DNA of 64,000 nt from Octopus vulgaris (taxonomy: Eukaryota). The notes below the pieces were generated by a model. The model worked only from the letters and a program-made list of their open reading frames with translations, did not search any database and was not told where the DNA came from. The stretch spans positions 32,054,001-32,118,000 of the forward strand of contig OX597819.1 in assembly GCA_951406725.2 (NCBI GenBank), written 5' to 3'. Both the position numbers and the translations under genes were made by a program. This document shows, one piece after another, positions 1 through 10,879 of this stretch (position 1 is its first letter; each line of letters begins with the position of its first letter).

Positions 1-561
1 CCGGAAAGTTCATGCCGATTTATAGTAGCTTAGCTTTCGATTTATTTTAGAACATGTTTGAGTCCATAAAATAGGATTTGACTACACCTCCATTTAGAGC
101 ACAGTTTAAGCTATCTTTTCGCGGAAGAAAATTTATGTTCCTATAACCTGTGTTAATTCTGTAACCCTTTAAAATGGAAGATAAGAAAGTTCATTTTCGG
201 CACTTGATGCGTTGTGAACCAGACAAAAATTGCTGCAGCTCGGCTGGTATGTGTTACCCCACCCTCCATATTCACCAGATATTGCTCCTTCGGATTTCCA
301 CTTATTCAGGTCTCTGCAGAATAGTCTTAATGGTAAAAATTTCAATTCCTTGGATGACGTAAAAAGATACCTTGACGAATTCTTTACCATGAAACCACCT
401 GAATTCTGGGAAGAGGGTCTTTTCAAGTTAAAGGAAAAATGGAGACGCATTGTGCAACAAAATAGTTCATATTTAGTTGATTAAAAATGTAATGGCAAGT
501 ATTTATTGACCCTTTTTCTTTCCTTTAAAAATCGGCACAAACTTTCCGGACAATCCATTAT
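1..561 (+). mobile_element. Internally deleted mariner-family DNA transposon; left TIR cut by window edge
   Basis: ORF 230-484 has the mariner C-terminal motif HPPYSPDIAPSDFHLF. 1-21 ccggaaagttcatgccgattt is the inverse of aaatcggcacaaactttccgg (~530-550). The N-terminus (MEDKKVHFRH) is joined almost directly to the C-terminus. Confidence 0.85.
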
Positions 562-730
562 ATGGTGTACAAGGTGACTGCATATCGTGTGCCAGCATGA
601 GAAAAAGTTGCGACTATTTTATTACAAGATGACTGCATAAATATAAGATTTGACTGTATAATTGTAAAGCGTTGCAGTAAAATATTTTGGTGACCGTATA
701 ATTGTGAATTATATATATAAAAGACCTTCT

Positions 731-1020
731 TCAGTCACGAATGACCATGGCATTGCACCTAAAATGCTCCCCTAGAAAGTTATAATCCAGACAAGGTTGT
801 TTGTGAAGACCAGCAGTCGCCCATACATACCAGCCTTCTCTCTCCTCGCCACCAACGTTGTCCGAGGGAAAGGCGAAGGCTGATACAGCTTGGCACCAGT
901 GACGTTGCAACTCTCTTCTACAGCTGAATGAAATAATGTGTTGCTTAAGAACACAACACACAGCCCAATCCGAGAATCGAACTCACAACCTAATGATTAT
1001 AAGCCTGATGCTCTAACCAC
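731..1020 (-). mobile_element. tRNA-derived SINE, family D
   Basis: Minus-strand tRNA-like head (gtggttagagc...gagttcgattc); homologous copy at 46278-46600. Confidence 0.7.
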
Positions 1021-1104
1021 GGATACTCTAACCATATTATATATTATAATCATATATTATATACTATAATTACATATCATATATTGCCATTATATATTTA
1101 TATG

Positions 1105-1490
1105 AAGACGGCGAGCTGGCAGAAACATTAGCACGGCGGCCGAAATGCATAGCCGTTCTGAGTTCAAATTCCGCCGAGGTCGACTTTGCCTTTCATCCTT
1201 TCGGTGTCGATTAAATAAGTACCAGTTACGCACTGGCGGGGTCGATATAATCGACTTAATCCGTTTGTCTGTCCTTGTTTGTCCTGTCTGTATTTAGCCC
1301 CTTGTGGGTAGTAAAGAAATAGGTATTTCGTCTGCCGCTACGTTCTGAAATCAAAATCCGTTGAGGTCGACTTTGCCTTTTGTCCTTTCGGGATCGATAA
1401 ATTAAGTACCAGGGAAACACTAGGATCAATGTAATCGAATCATTCCTTTCCCCAAAATGGCTGCCTTTGTAGCAAAATTTGAAGCCATTA
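1105..1490 (+). mobile_element. SINE family B, one near-full and one partial copy in tandem
   Basis: ggcgagctggcagaaac...gagttcaaattccgccgaggtcgactttgcctttcatcctttcg...agtaaagaaata, repeated more than 10 times in the window. Confidence 0.8.
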
Positions 1491-1494
1491 TATA

Positions 1495-2300
1495 TTTATA
1501 AGGTGTGATAGTATAATTTTAAGTCTTGACTTCTAATTACAATGCGTGACTACTATTGTAAGATGTGATTGTATAATTATATCATGTGACTAGGAATCGC
1601 AAGATAATTGTAAGGTGTGTCTGTATATTTGTAAGTTATGACTATAATTGCAATACGATTGTGAAGTATAATGTGCAGCTGTATCTCTGTAACGTGACTA
1701 CATAATTTATAATTTGTGACAATATAATTGCAACATGGCCGTATAATTGTGAAGCGCGGCGGTATATTTATAAACTGTGACAGTATAACTCTAAGTTGCA
1801 ATTTTGCATTTTCTAGTTGTTTGTATAATTATAATTATTGATCGTGTAATTTTAAAGTGCAATTTTTTACGTAGAAGATTATTGTATAGTTGTATATTTA
1901 TAAATTATGACAATATAATTGCAAGGTATAACTGCATTACTGTGAATTTTAACTGCATAATTGCAAGTCTACGGTAGAATTTTAAGACATAATTGCACAA
2001 TTATTTGGTATGATTGCATAATTGTAATGTGTAACTCTACAATTGTAAGTTGACTGTATTACTGCAAGGTGAACTTACAATTGTAATGTGTAACTTTATT
2101 ACTGTAAAATAATTGTATAACTGTAAGGTATCTGTATAACAGTGTATTTATATAATTCTAAGATGAATGTATAGATTTAAATAAGATTGTGGTTTTTAAG
2201 GTGTTACAGTATAATCGTTAGATGACTATGATAGTAAGATGTAACATTATGATTGTAAGGTGTCTTTATGATAATAAGGTGACTGTATAAATGTATTATG
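1495..2300. repeat. Degenerate AT-rich short-period repeat (tataattgtaag-like)
   Basis: Recurrent tataattgt/gtgactg motifs; similar tracts at 640-715 and 2730-3140. Confidence 0.55.
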
Positions 2301-2831
2301 ACTAGGGAGAATAAATATGCCAATATTATTAACACACGCGCTGGTTCAATTTCACTCCTTTATTATTTGTCAATTGCTTAAACATCCAACTATCTAATTG
2401 ATTATTTGTTTAATTTGGTTAAACAGTAAGACATTTGTTTTGTTTTTGTTTATCGAAGCTCTTTCGTTGCCACTTGCAACCTTTTCAATGACTTATTGTT
2501 TAACCAAGTTGAATAAACAATCGATTAGTTAACTGGACATGTAACCAATTGACTAATAGTAAAAGAAGGAGAATTGAACCAGTGCGTGTGTTAATAATAT
2601 TGGCATAATGTCTCTCCCTGGACATAGCAAAATTTGTTTCAACACACGAATTCACATAAAGAATCTTCCAAAACACATACAAAAACGATGTATGATGATA
2701 ATATGTTTGAAAAGTTATACGTAAGGGGAGACTGCATAATTGTATAATTTGATTATAATTAATTGCGATGTTTGGGTTGTAAGATGGTAACATATATAAT
2801 TGTGAATTATATATTATTTATTATAATTATA

Positions 2832-3045
2832 TACGAGGAGGTGCAGAAAAGTTCTTGGCTTTGGGTAAAAGAAAATACAGGAGGATCAGTTACTTATGAT
2901 TTTATTCAACATATTCACTTCTCAGATTCACACACTTATTGCAGCGATCCTTCAGTTTTACTAAGCCCTGTAAACGAATTCGGAAGTTTGGGCCTCCAAA
3001 CAGGTCATCTGCGTTACCCTTAAAGCCAGGACCTTTACAGCACCC
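2832..3045. mobile_element. Short mariner-type MITE
   Basis: Inverted ends ggtgcagaaaagttcttggcttt / aaagccaggacctttacagcaccc; starts tacgag after TA. Confidence 0.55.
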
Positions 3046-3186
3046 ACTGACTGCATAAACGCAAGGTGAGTGTATAAATGTAATTTGTGACTATACTTTT
3101 CTGGGTTGTAAAACGGGTTGTATAATTAATTGTAAGTTGAGACTATTTTGATTAGAGTTTCATTTGAATATTGTTTTTATTAAAAA

Positions 3187-3976
3187 CTAGCAGTATCGCC
3201 CGGCGTTGCTCGGGTTTGTAAGGGAAATAACTATATACGCATTTTTAGAGATGTAAAGTATAATAGCCATCTCAATATGGTTAACCACAAAGGAGTGGGG
3301 GGGGGGGTTACTGTAGCTTTTTACGTTCTGAGATTTAATAATACAGTTTTAGAGAGTTACTTCCCTTATATAAACCGAGCGAAAATGCATTAAAAATGCG
3401 GAAAAATTATGTTGATTTTTTTTTTAAATCGTAGACTCATCGTAGACGCGCGCTAATACCCAGAAGGGCTCGATATGAATCACGACTATAAGATACCCGC
3501 TTTTGGTTACAATGCACCGCAAAATGTGGGAGTAGTTAGGTATCTAAATCGTAGGAGACAGACACACAACTTGACTTTTATATATCTCTCTCTATATAAA
3601 CGGCAGTTTGTCTGTGCGTTTTCTGTGTGTCTGTTTTCTCGTACCCTCACTCTGACCACGGCTTTCAACTGATTCTGATGAAACTTGACACACACATAGC
3701 CCAATGTCATAATTCAAAACTAACGCAGCGAAAATTTTGAAAAGTTCCCCCAGTTCCGAAAAAAATCGATAAATTCGACATGGGGTCGAGAATCAGAAAC
3801 CCAAACCACAGACCGTCTAGGGGACGCAACTCCACCTTTTTTAACTCTCAAAAAAAAAATTTACCATCATTTTTTTCCCATTTTTTTGCTATTTTTGGGC
3901 TATAACTCTCTAAAAATGCTTTATAGTTATTTCCCTTACAAACCTGAGCAACGCCGGGCGATACTGCTAGTAAAGA
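3187..3976 (-). mobile_element. Non-autonomous Helitron, interrupted by a second Helitron at 3585-3970
   Basis: CTAG 3' end at 3187 with subterminal hairpin. Removing 3585-3970 restores the end cttttatatataaaga, identical to the copy at 57236-57614. Confidence 0.8.
3585..3970 (+). mobile_element. Non-autonomous Helitron, nested
   Basis: 5' TC, 3' hairpin cctgagcaacgccggg then CTAG; inserted between A and T with no TSD. Confidence 0.8.
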
Positions 3977-4280
3977 TATAAAAGCAACACAAATTTGTGA
4001 TTTGAACACAGAAACATAGAAAAAAACTAAATGCGGTCGATGTTCTTCTAAAATTTTTCTCCCAGTTTTCCATCACTTACATCCCATCAAAATCATTGAA
4101 GTAGAAAAAGGAAATAATGTTTTTGAAGGGGAAGATTGCTGTTTGTTTCCATTTTAAAACACGATAGCAACATAAATAATTTTTACTGAAGTGAAACCAT
4201 GTGGCGATCTCAGGTCTCTAAGGACTTCAAGTCTATCATTCTTGGCAGATACTACGACTAAATATCGATTTATCATACGT

Positions 4281-4322
<42 letters not shown>

Positions 4323-4687
4323 ACACACACAGATATAGGTTGCGTAGAGGCGATACCCTGGCAAATAAGGTGAATATGGAAGCGTGCTTATTGCTAGATG
4401 AAAAATATGTATACAAATATATACTGAATATATATGACACTGTGAAATACTCATAATACTCCCAAGGACATTAGCAATGGAAATAATGTAAACTGACTAC
4501 AATAGGGAATTGAAACCCTCTTGTAGACTAATTATATCAGAGGTTAACCTTTACGGTCTAATCTGCATATTGATACAGTGTGACGAGATAGGAAGGTTCA
4601 ATTTTTCAAGAGTGGGAGTATATCGGTTACCTGATTGTTAATTGATTCTTGTACATTGATTCTTGTATTTTAATGAGAGCCAAAAGG

Positions 4688-5054
4688 CTCTCTTTTACTC
4701 TCTTTTTTACTTGTTTCAGCACCACCTTTAGTCGAGCAAATCGACCCCAGGGCTTATTCTTTTTAAGCCCAGTACTTATTGTATCAGACTCTTTTGCCGA
4801 ATCGCTAAGTTACGGGGACATAAACACTCCAGCATCGGTTGTCAGGCAATGTTGTGGGGACAAACACAGACCCACAAACATATATACACACATACATGTA
4901 TATATAGAAGCATATATACGACGGGCTTCTTTCAGTTTCCGTCTACCAAATCCATTCAGAAGGATGTGGTCGGCCCGAAGCTATAATAAAAGACACTTAC
5001 CCAGAACCATGTGGTTGGTAAGCAAGCTACTTACCACACAGCCACTCCTGCGCC
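4688..5054 (-). mobile_element. SINE family A (tRNA-like head, internal microsatellite, (gtaaaaga)n tail)
   Basis: Matches the copy at 18374-18768. Confidence 0.8.
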
Positions 5055-5067
5055 TATGCGGCTAGAA

Positions 5068-5370
5068 AGAACGCGGTGAGGTGGAAGAAACGTTAACACG
5101 CTGGGTCAAATGCTTAGCGATATTTCGTCTGCCGTACTTAGTTCAAATTCCGCCGAGGTCGACTTTGCCTTTCATCATTTCGGTGTCGATAAATTAAGAT
5201 ATAATCGACTTAATCCTTTTGTCTGTCCTTCTTTGTCCTCTCTGTGTTTGGCCCCTTGTGGGTAGTAAAGAAATAGGTATTTCGTCTGCCGTTACATTCT
5301 GAGTTCAAATTCTGCCGAGGTCGATTTTGCTTTTCATCCTTTCGGGGTCGATTAAATAAGTACCAGTTGC
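5068..5370 (+). mobile_element. SINE family B, tandem partial copies
   Basis: Same central and 3' motifs as 1105-1490. Confidence 0.75.
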
Positions 5371-5473
5371 GCAAGCGATCTAAACACACTTCAATGTAAA
5401 ACAAAACAATTCTTGCCGTTTATGCTAGATCCGCCATCTTTTCTCATTTATTTTTTATCGGATTCACTCATTA

Positions 5474-5665
5474 GAATGTGGCCATGCTGGATCACCGCCT
5501 TGAAGAAATTTAAGTCGAGTGAATCGACCCCAGTACTCATTTCGTTTTAAGCCTGGTACTTATTCGACTGGTCTCTTTTTTGCCGAACTGCTAAGTTATG
5601 GAGACGTAAACAAGTCATCGCCAGTTGCCAAGCAGTAGTGGAGACAAATACACACGCACACACAC

Positions 5666-5731
<66 letters not shown>

Positions 5732-5890
5732 TCGCATATGTATATATACGGCGAGCTTCTGTCAGTTTCCGTCTACCAAATCACAAAGCTTTGTCGAGTA
5801 GAAAACACTTGGCCAAGGTGCCACGCAGTGGGACTGATCCCAAAACCTTGTGGTTGGTAAGGACGCTTCTTACAACACAGCTACGCCAGT
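5474..5890 (-). mobile_element. SINE family A, diverged, with internal (CA)n
   Basis: Homology to family A head and tail. Confidence 0.75.
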
Positions 5891-6724
5891 GTCTTTTGTC
5901 AGTTTCCGTGTATGTTAACCATGTCATTCATTCATCCATTCAGTTATCCATTGGTGAAACACCTTCAATTATTTACCTATCAAACACAACTTCCTGTCCC
6001 TGTCATGCTTTTCTCTATCTAACTTGTTTGTAGGTTTTCTTTCACAAAAGGAGCTACGGTGAAGACGCAGATGACCTTGTGGAATACACAGTACTTGCAG
6101 CTAAGTGAAGTTGGTGTTTGAAAGTTAAATGTCTTGGCCACGGACACAGAGCAACGTGGGTTGCAGGACACAAACAATTGACCGTTTGGCTGTTTATTAT
6201 ATATCCTGTAATCTATGACCTCATCTAACTGGAGCTGTCAAACCGGCAATGTCTTCGTATTAACCTTAATTGTCTCGCTGACAAGATTACTATGTAGAAA
6301 CGTTTTGCCGAAATTTTCTATCCAATGTTTCTAACGAAGTCATAATTTACCATAGTAATCAATTTATAATTATACTTCAAATCAATTACTTTGCAGTCAG
6401 TGCATTCAATTATGACAAATTGTTACAAATTTGAGTATATTATTGAAATATGAATGTTTTTTCTTTATACTTTCTATACCTTTTCTTTCAAAATTTTCCA
6501 GACCGAACATCTTATTAACAGTCGCATTATGGCAGCGTGCTGGGAGATCGTTAGCACGTCGGACAAAATGCTTAACGTCATTTCTTCCGACTCTATACGT
6601 TCTGAGTTCAAATACAGCTGGATAGGCTTCAAGTTCATTAGCTTCTAGGCTCGACGTAGATTGAGCTTCATCATTTTTAGAAAATGTGCTACAATCTAAC
6701 TAGTATCATATGAAATACTGCGTT

Positions 6725-6935
6725 GGCGACCAGGCAGAATTGTTACCGCGCTAGGCAAAATGGATGGCGATATTTTGTCCGTCTTTACGTTCTGAGTTCA
6801 AATTCCGCCGAGATCGACTTTGCCCTTCATCCTTTCGGTGTCGATAAAATAAGTACCAGTAGAGCACTGGGGTCGATCACATCGACTTAACCTTCCAACC
6901 CCACCCAACTTGTACCAAAATTTGAAACCAATATT
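6725..6935 (+). mobile_element. SINE family B, diverged
   Basis: Contains gttctgagttcaaattccgccgag...cctttcggtgtcgataaaataagtaccag. Confidence 0.7.
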
Positions 6936-7459
6936 ATATGAAGTATTGTGCCTCACAACTTTATCCTTGTAGTCTAAAGCATTCACCTTGAAACTAATTC
7001 TGTGTAGATTTCCAACCAAATAGATTGCTTTGTCAGCACAATGTCACACAGTTAAGTAGTTTTGTCTTCTTACTAAATCCACGATAGATGTTTCCCAAAG
7101 GATTTAAGCACTGTACTTTCTGCATACACGAATAAATAATAAAAGACTGCATTCCACCAATTTCTTAGCATTTGATAATATCTGCATCTCTGAAATAGCT
7201 GCAATCTAGATGTAGAGGACTTCAAAATGCCATGATTGCAGTTTGAAACAGAGTGACAACCAAATAAAATGAAACAAGGTGGGGTTAATCTGGACTATAA
7301 CCTATAACACGTATTGGTTTCAAATTTTGGCACAATGCCAGCTAGTTCGGGTGAGGGTATAAAAGGCATAGCGGATCACGGTAGAATTTGAACTCAGAAC
7401 GTACAGCCAGTCGAAATGTTGCAAATCCTTTTGTCCTATGCGCTATAAAACATATCCTA

Positions 7460-7660
7460 TTCTACTCTAGGCACAAGGCCCTAAATTTTGGGGGAGGGGG
7501 CCGGTCGATTATATCGAACCCAGTACGCAACTGGTACTTAATTTATCGACCCCGAAAGGATGAAAGGCAAAGTCTACCTCGGCGGAATTTGAACTCAGAA
7601 CGTAAAGACAAACGAAAAATGCCGCCAAACATTTTGCCTGGCGCGGTAACAGGTCTGACA
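7460..7660 (-). mobile_element. SINE family B
   Basis: Reverse complement of the family B core. Confidence 0.7.
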
Positions 7661-7986
7661 GATCTCCGTCCCAGTATTTCATACTATTAGGTAGATTGTA
7701 GCACATTTCATAAAAATGATGAAGCTCAATCTACCTCGAAACTAGAAGCTAATGAAGGTGAAGTCTATCCAGATTTTCAAGTTGTTTCAGCTGTATTTGA
7801 ACTCAGAATGTAGAGAGTCGGAAGAAATGACGTTAAGCATTTTGTCCGACCTGCTAACGATTCTCCCAGTACGCTGCCTTAACGCTTCCTTTAATACGAC
7901 TGTTAGTAAAATGTTCGGTCTGGAAAATTTCGCCCGGCATGCTAACGTTTTTGCCACTCCTACGCTTGATCATGTTTTACTGGTCA

Positions 7987-8399
7987 GGCGTAGGAGTGGC
8001 TGTGTGGTAAGTAGCTTTCTTACGAACCACAAGGTTCCGGGTTCAGTCCCACTACGTAGCACTTTGGGCAAGTGTCTTCTACTATAGCTTCAGGCTTCCC
8101 AAAGCCTTGTGAGTGGATTTGGTAGACGGAGACAGAAAGAAGCCCGTCGAGTATATGTATATATATGTATGTGTGTGTTTGTGTGTCTGTGTTTGCCCCC
8201 CCCTCCTACATCGCTTGATAACCGATGCTGGTGTGTTTATGTCACCGTAACCTAGCGGTTCGACAAAAGAGACCGATAGAATAAGTAGTAGGCTTACAAA
8301 GAATAAGCCCTGGGGTCGATTTGCTCGACTAAAGGTAGTGCTCCAGCATGGCCACAGTCAGATGACTGAAACAAGTAAAAGAATAAAAGTGTAAAAGAG
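7987..8399 (+). mobile_element. SINE family A, full length
   Basis: A-box-like tggctgtgtgg, B-box-like ggttcagtccc, tail gaaacaagtaaaagaataaaag. Confidence 0.85.
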
Positions 8400-10196
8400 C
8401 TCACCACCTTTCTGAGCTCAAATATCGCCGAGATCGAGTTCACCTTTCATCCTTTCGGCATCGAAAAAATAAGTACCATGTTTGAAATCAATAATTATTG
8501 ATGCTCCAAAGACGACGTTTTTTTTTTTTTTTTGTTTATGAGAAGAAAACTACAAAATCTTGAACCAACTCTAAGGACTTCTAATGTTTGAAGGAGATTT
8601 TTGTCGTCGTGATAACACAACAGGTGATGAACTCTGGAGACAATGATGGGACGAATTATGTGCTCCGTTCGTCATTGTGCTGGAAATAAGAAAAAGTTAT
8701 TAAGATTAATGATTTAAATTCTGTTGTAACTGGGATTGGTTTAACTCCGTTTTGAGTTTTGATCATTAATCAGCATGACAAACACATTCTATGTAATAAC
8801 TGAAAATATTCATGAAGATGGTTTTAGTCGAAATATCAACAGCCATAGCAAAACGTGTTGGTAAACAGCTATATATTATGGAACCGTCATTTCCCGTTGT
8901 TTATATTGCGTTCCTTTAAAAAAAAAAACCCCAGCTTCAAACCTATTTATAGAACAAATTCATAACACTTAGATGGAAAAATAACACTGCAGATGCTCTT
9001 TGCTCCAGGCAGAAACTGTAGGAACTACTCAGAGCTTTTGGGAGGTCTTCTAAATCCATCGCAATGTTGAAAGCCATTCCGTGTTGACAGCGGATATCTT
9101 AGGTTCACAAACATTTCACCCCTTTGCGTATACACTTTGCTTGAGTTGGGTAGCGAGGACTGAATTAGTCTTCCCTTTCAAAAGGGTGCCACTTGCCATC
9201 TCTTATCAACCACAGCCATCTTGAGCTGGTTTCAGCTGTTGTGCGTATCTCCTGGATGACTTTCAGATTTTCTAGTAATTATGGGTGATCATATCACAAG
9301 AAGCTCGTAGAGAGTTTTGTAGAATATTGGATTTAAAACTCTGCGCTGGAAACTCGTAAGGTGTTTCGTGAGCAAATGTGAAATGATGGTTTCCTAAAAA
9401 AAACAAATTTCAACAACAAAATGAGACACATAAGCGTCCGTGTAATTACTTGAGCTTCTCATTGTTGCAGCCCACAATAAACTCCTAGCTTCTGGATAAC
9501 CTATCAATCTCGTCATTGTAGCAGCCCCACTACATTTCCAGCTTCAGCAAAAATTCTCGATCTTCTAGTGGCAAACCTCAATAAATTGTTAACGCCCACA
9601 TAACCTCTCTTAACTTTTGGTTTTGACAGTCTTCAATGAACTACCAACTCAAATTCTGAAGAACATTTCAACCTCCTTCCTGTGGCAGCCCTCAATGAAC
9701 TCCCTGTTGCTTTTAGAATGGAAGCCATATGTTCTAAGTAAGCATGTCTTCTTATTCTTCTCCCTTTACTCCTGATAGAGAGCCCACAGTTACTCAGATG
9801 AAGCTTATTTTGTGCCAGCTGACTTACTTATTCTATTGTCTTTTCGGCCACCATGTTGTGTTCACCCACACAGGCTTGATTTTTCTCAGATCCTTTCTTC
9901 CGCAGAACGTGATCCAGAAGAAATTTACTTCCTGTGGTTGTCATCTTTCACCTTTTAAAGAAGAACATTAGCCGTGTCCATCTCATCAATCTTATCTATC
10001 TCACTTATTGAAATGGAAACAGACATAAATCTACGTTAGATGTCAGAACAAATAGAAATATGGCATATATAGTGTTACAGGAACAATTAGTTTAATCGAA
10101 GCTGTTGTTGTTATTACTTTTATTATAGTTGTTTAACTCTCGGTCTAAGCAAAATGTAGTCTTTTGACCAGGAATGACCAAACCAACTTACACGTA

Positions 10197-10613
10197 TACT
10201 CTTTTTACTCTCTTTTTACTTGTTTCAGTCATTTGACTGCGGCCATGTTGGAGCGCCGCCTTTAGTCGAGCAAATCGACCCCGGGACTTATTCTTTGTAA
10301 GCCCAGTACTTATTCTATCGGTCTCTTTTGCCGAACCGCTAAGTGACGGGGACGTAAACACACCAGCATCGGTTGTCAAGCAATGCTAGGGGAACAAACA
10401 CAGACACACAAACATATTCACACACACTTATATATATATATACATATATACGACAGGCTTCTTTCAGTTTCCGTCTACCAAATCCACTCACAAGGCATTG
10501 GTCGGCCCGGGGCTATAGCAGAAGACACTTGCCCAAGATGCCACGCAGTGGGACTGAACCCGGAACCATGTGGTTGGTTAGCAAGCTACTTACCAAACAG
10601 CCACTCCTGCGCC
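10197..10613 (-). mobile_element. SINE family A, full length, young
   Basis: Near-identical to 18374-18768 in reverse orientation. Confidence 0.88.
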
Positions 10614-10879
10614 TATATATCTACGATTACATTATTAAACGCACCAGTTTTTAAAGTAAGAAAAATACTTAACTGCTATACGTAGTAAGTCTCTTCATAC
10701 CGTTGTAGATGCTCTCTCGACGATTCATGTTTAATCAGGATAGTAGTTTAGTCGGGCGATTTATCAGAAACAGGCCGAGAAAAGCGGATGAGAAGTTGCA
10801 CAGTACCCAGAAGCGGTCTGATTGTGTAAAGGAACATGAGACAAAAGTAAAATAAATAGATCGCTACGTCAACGAAAAT

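Noticed and set aside
3187-3970. 780-bp MITE with long TIRs
   Set aside because: Better explained as two oppositely oriented nested Helitrons.
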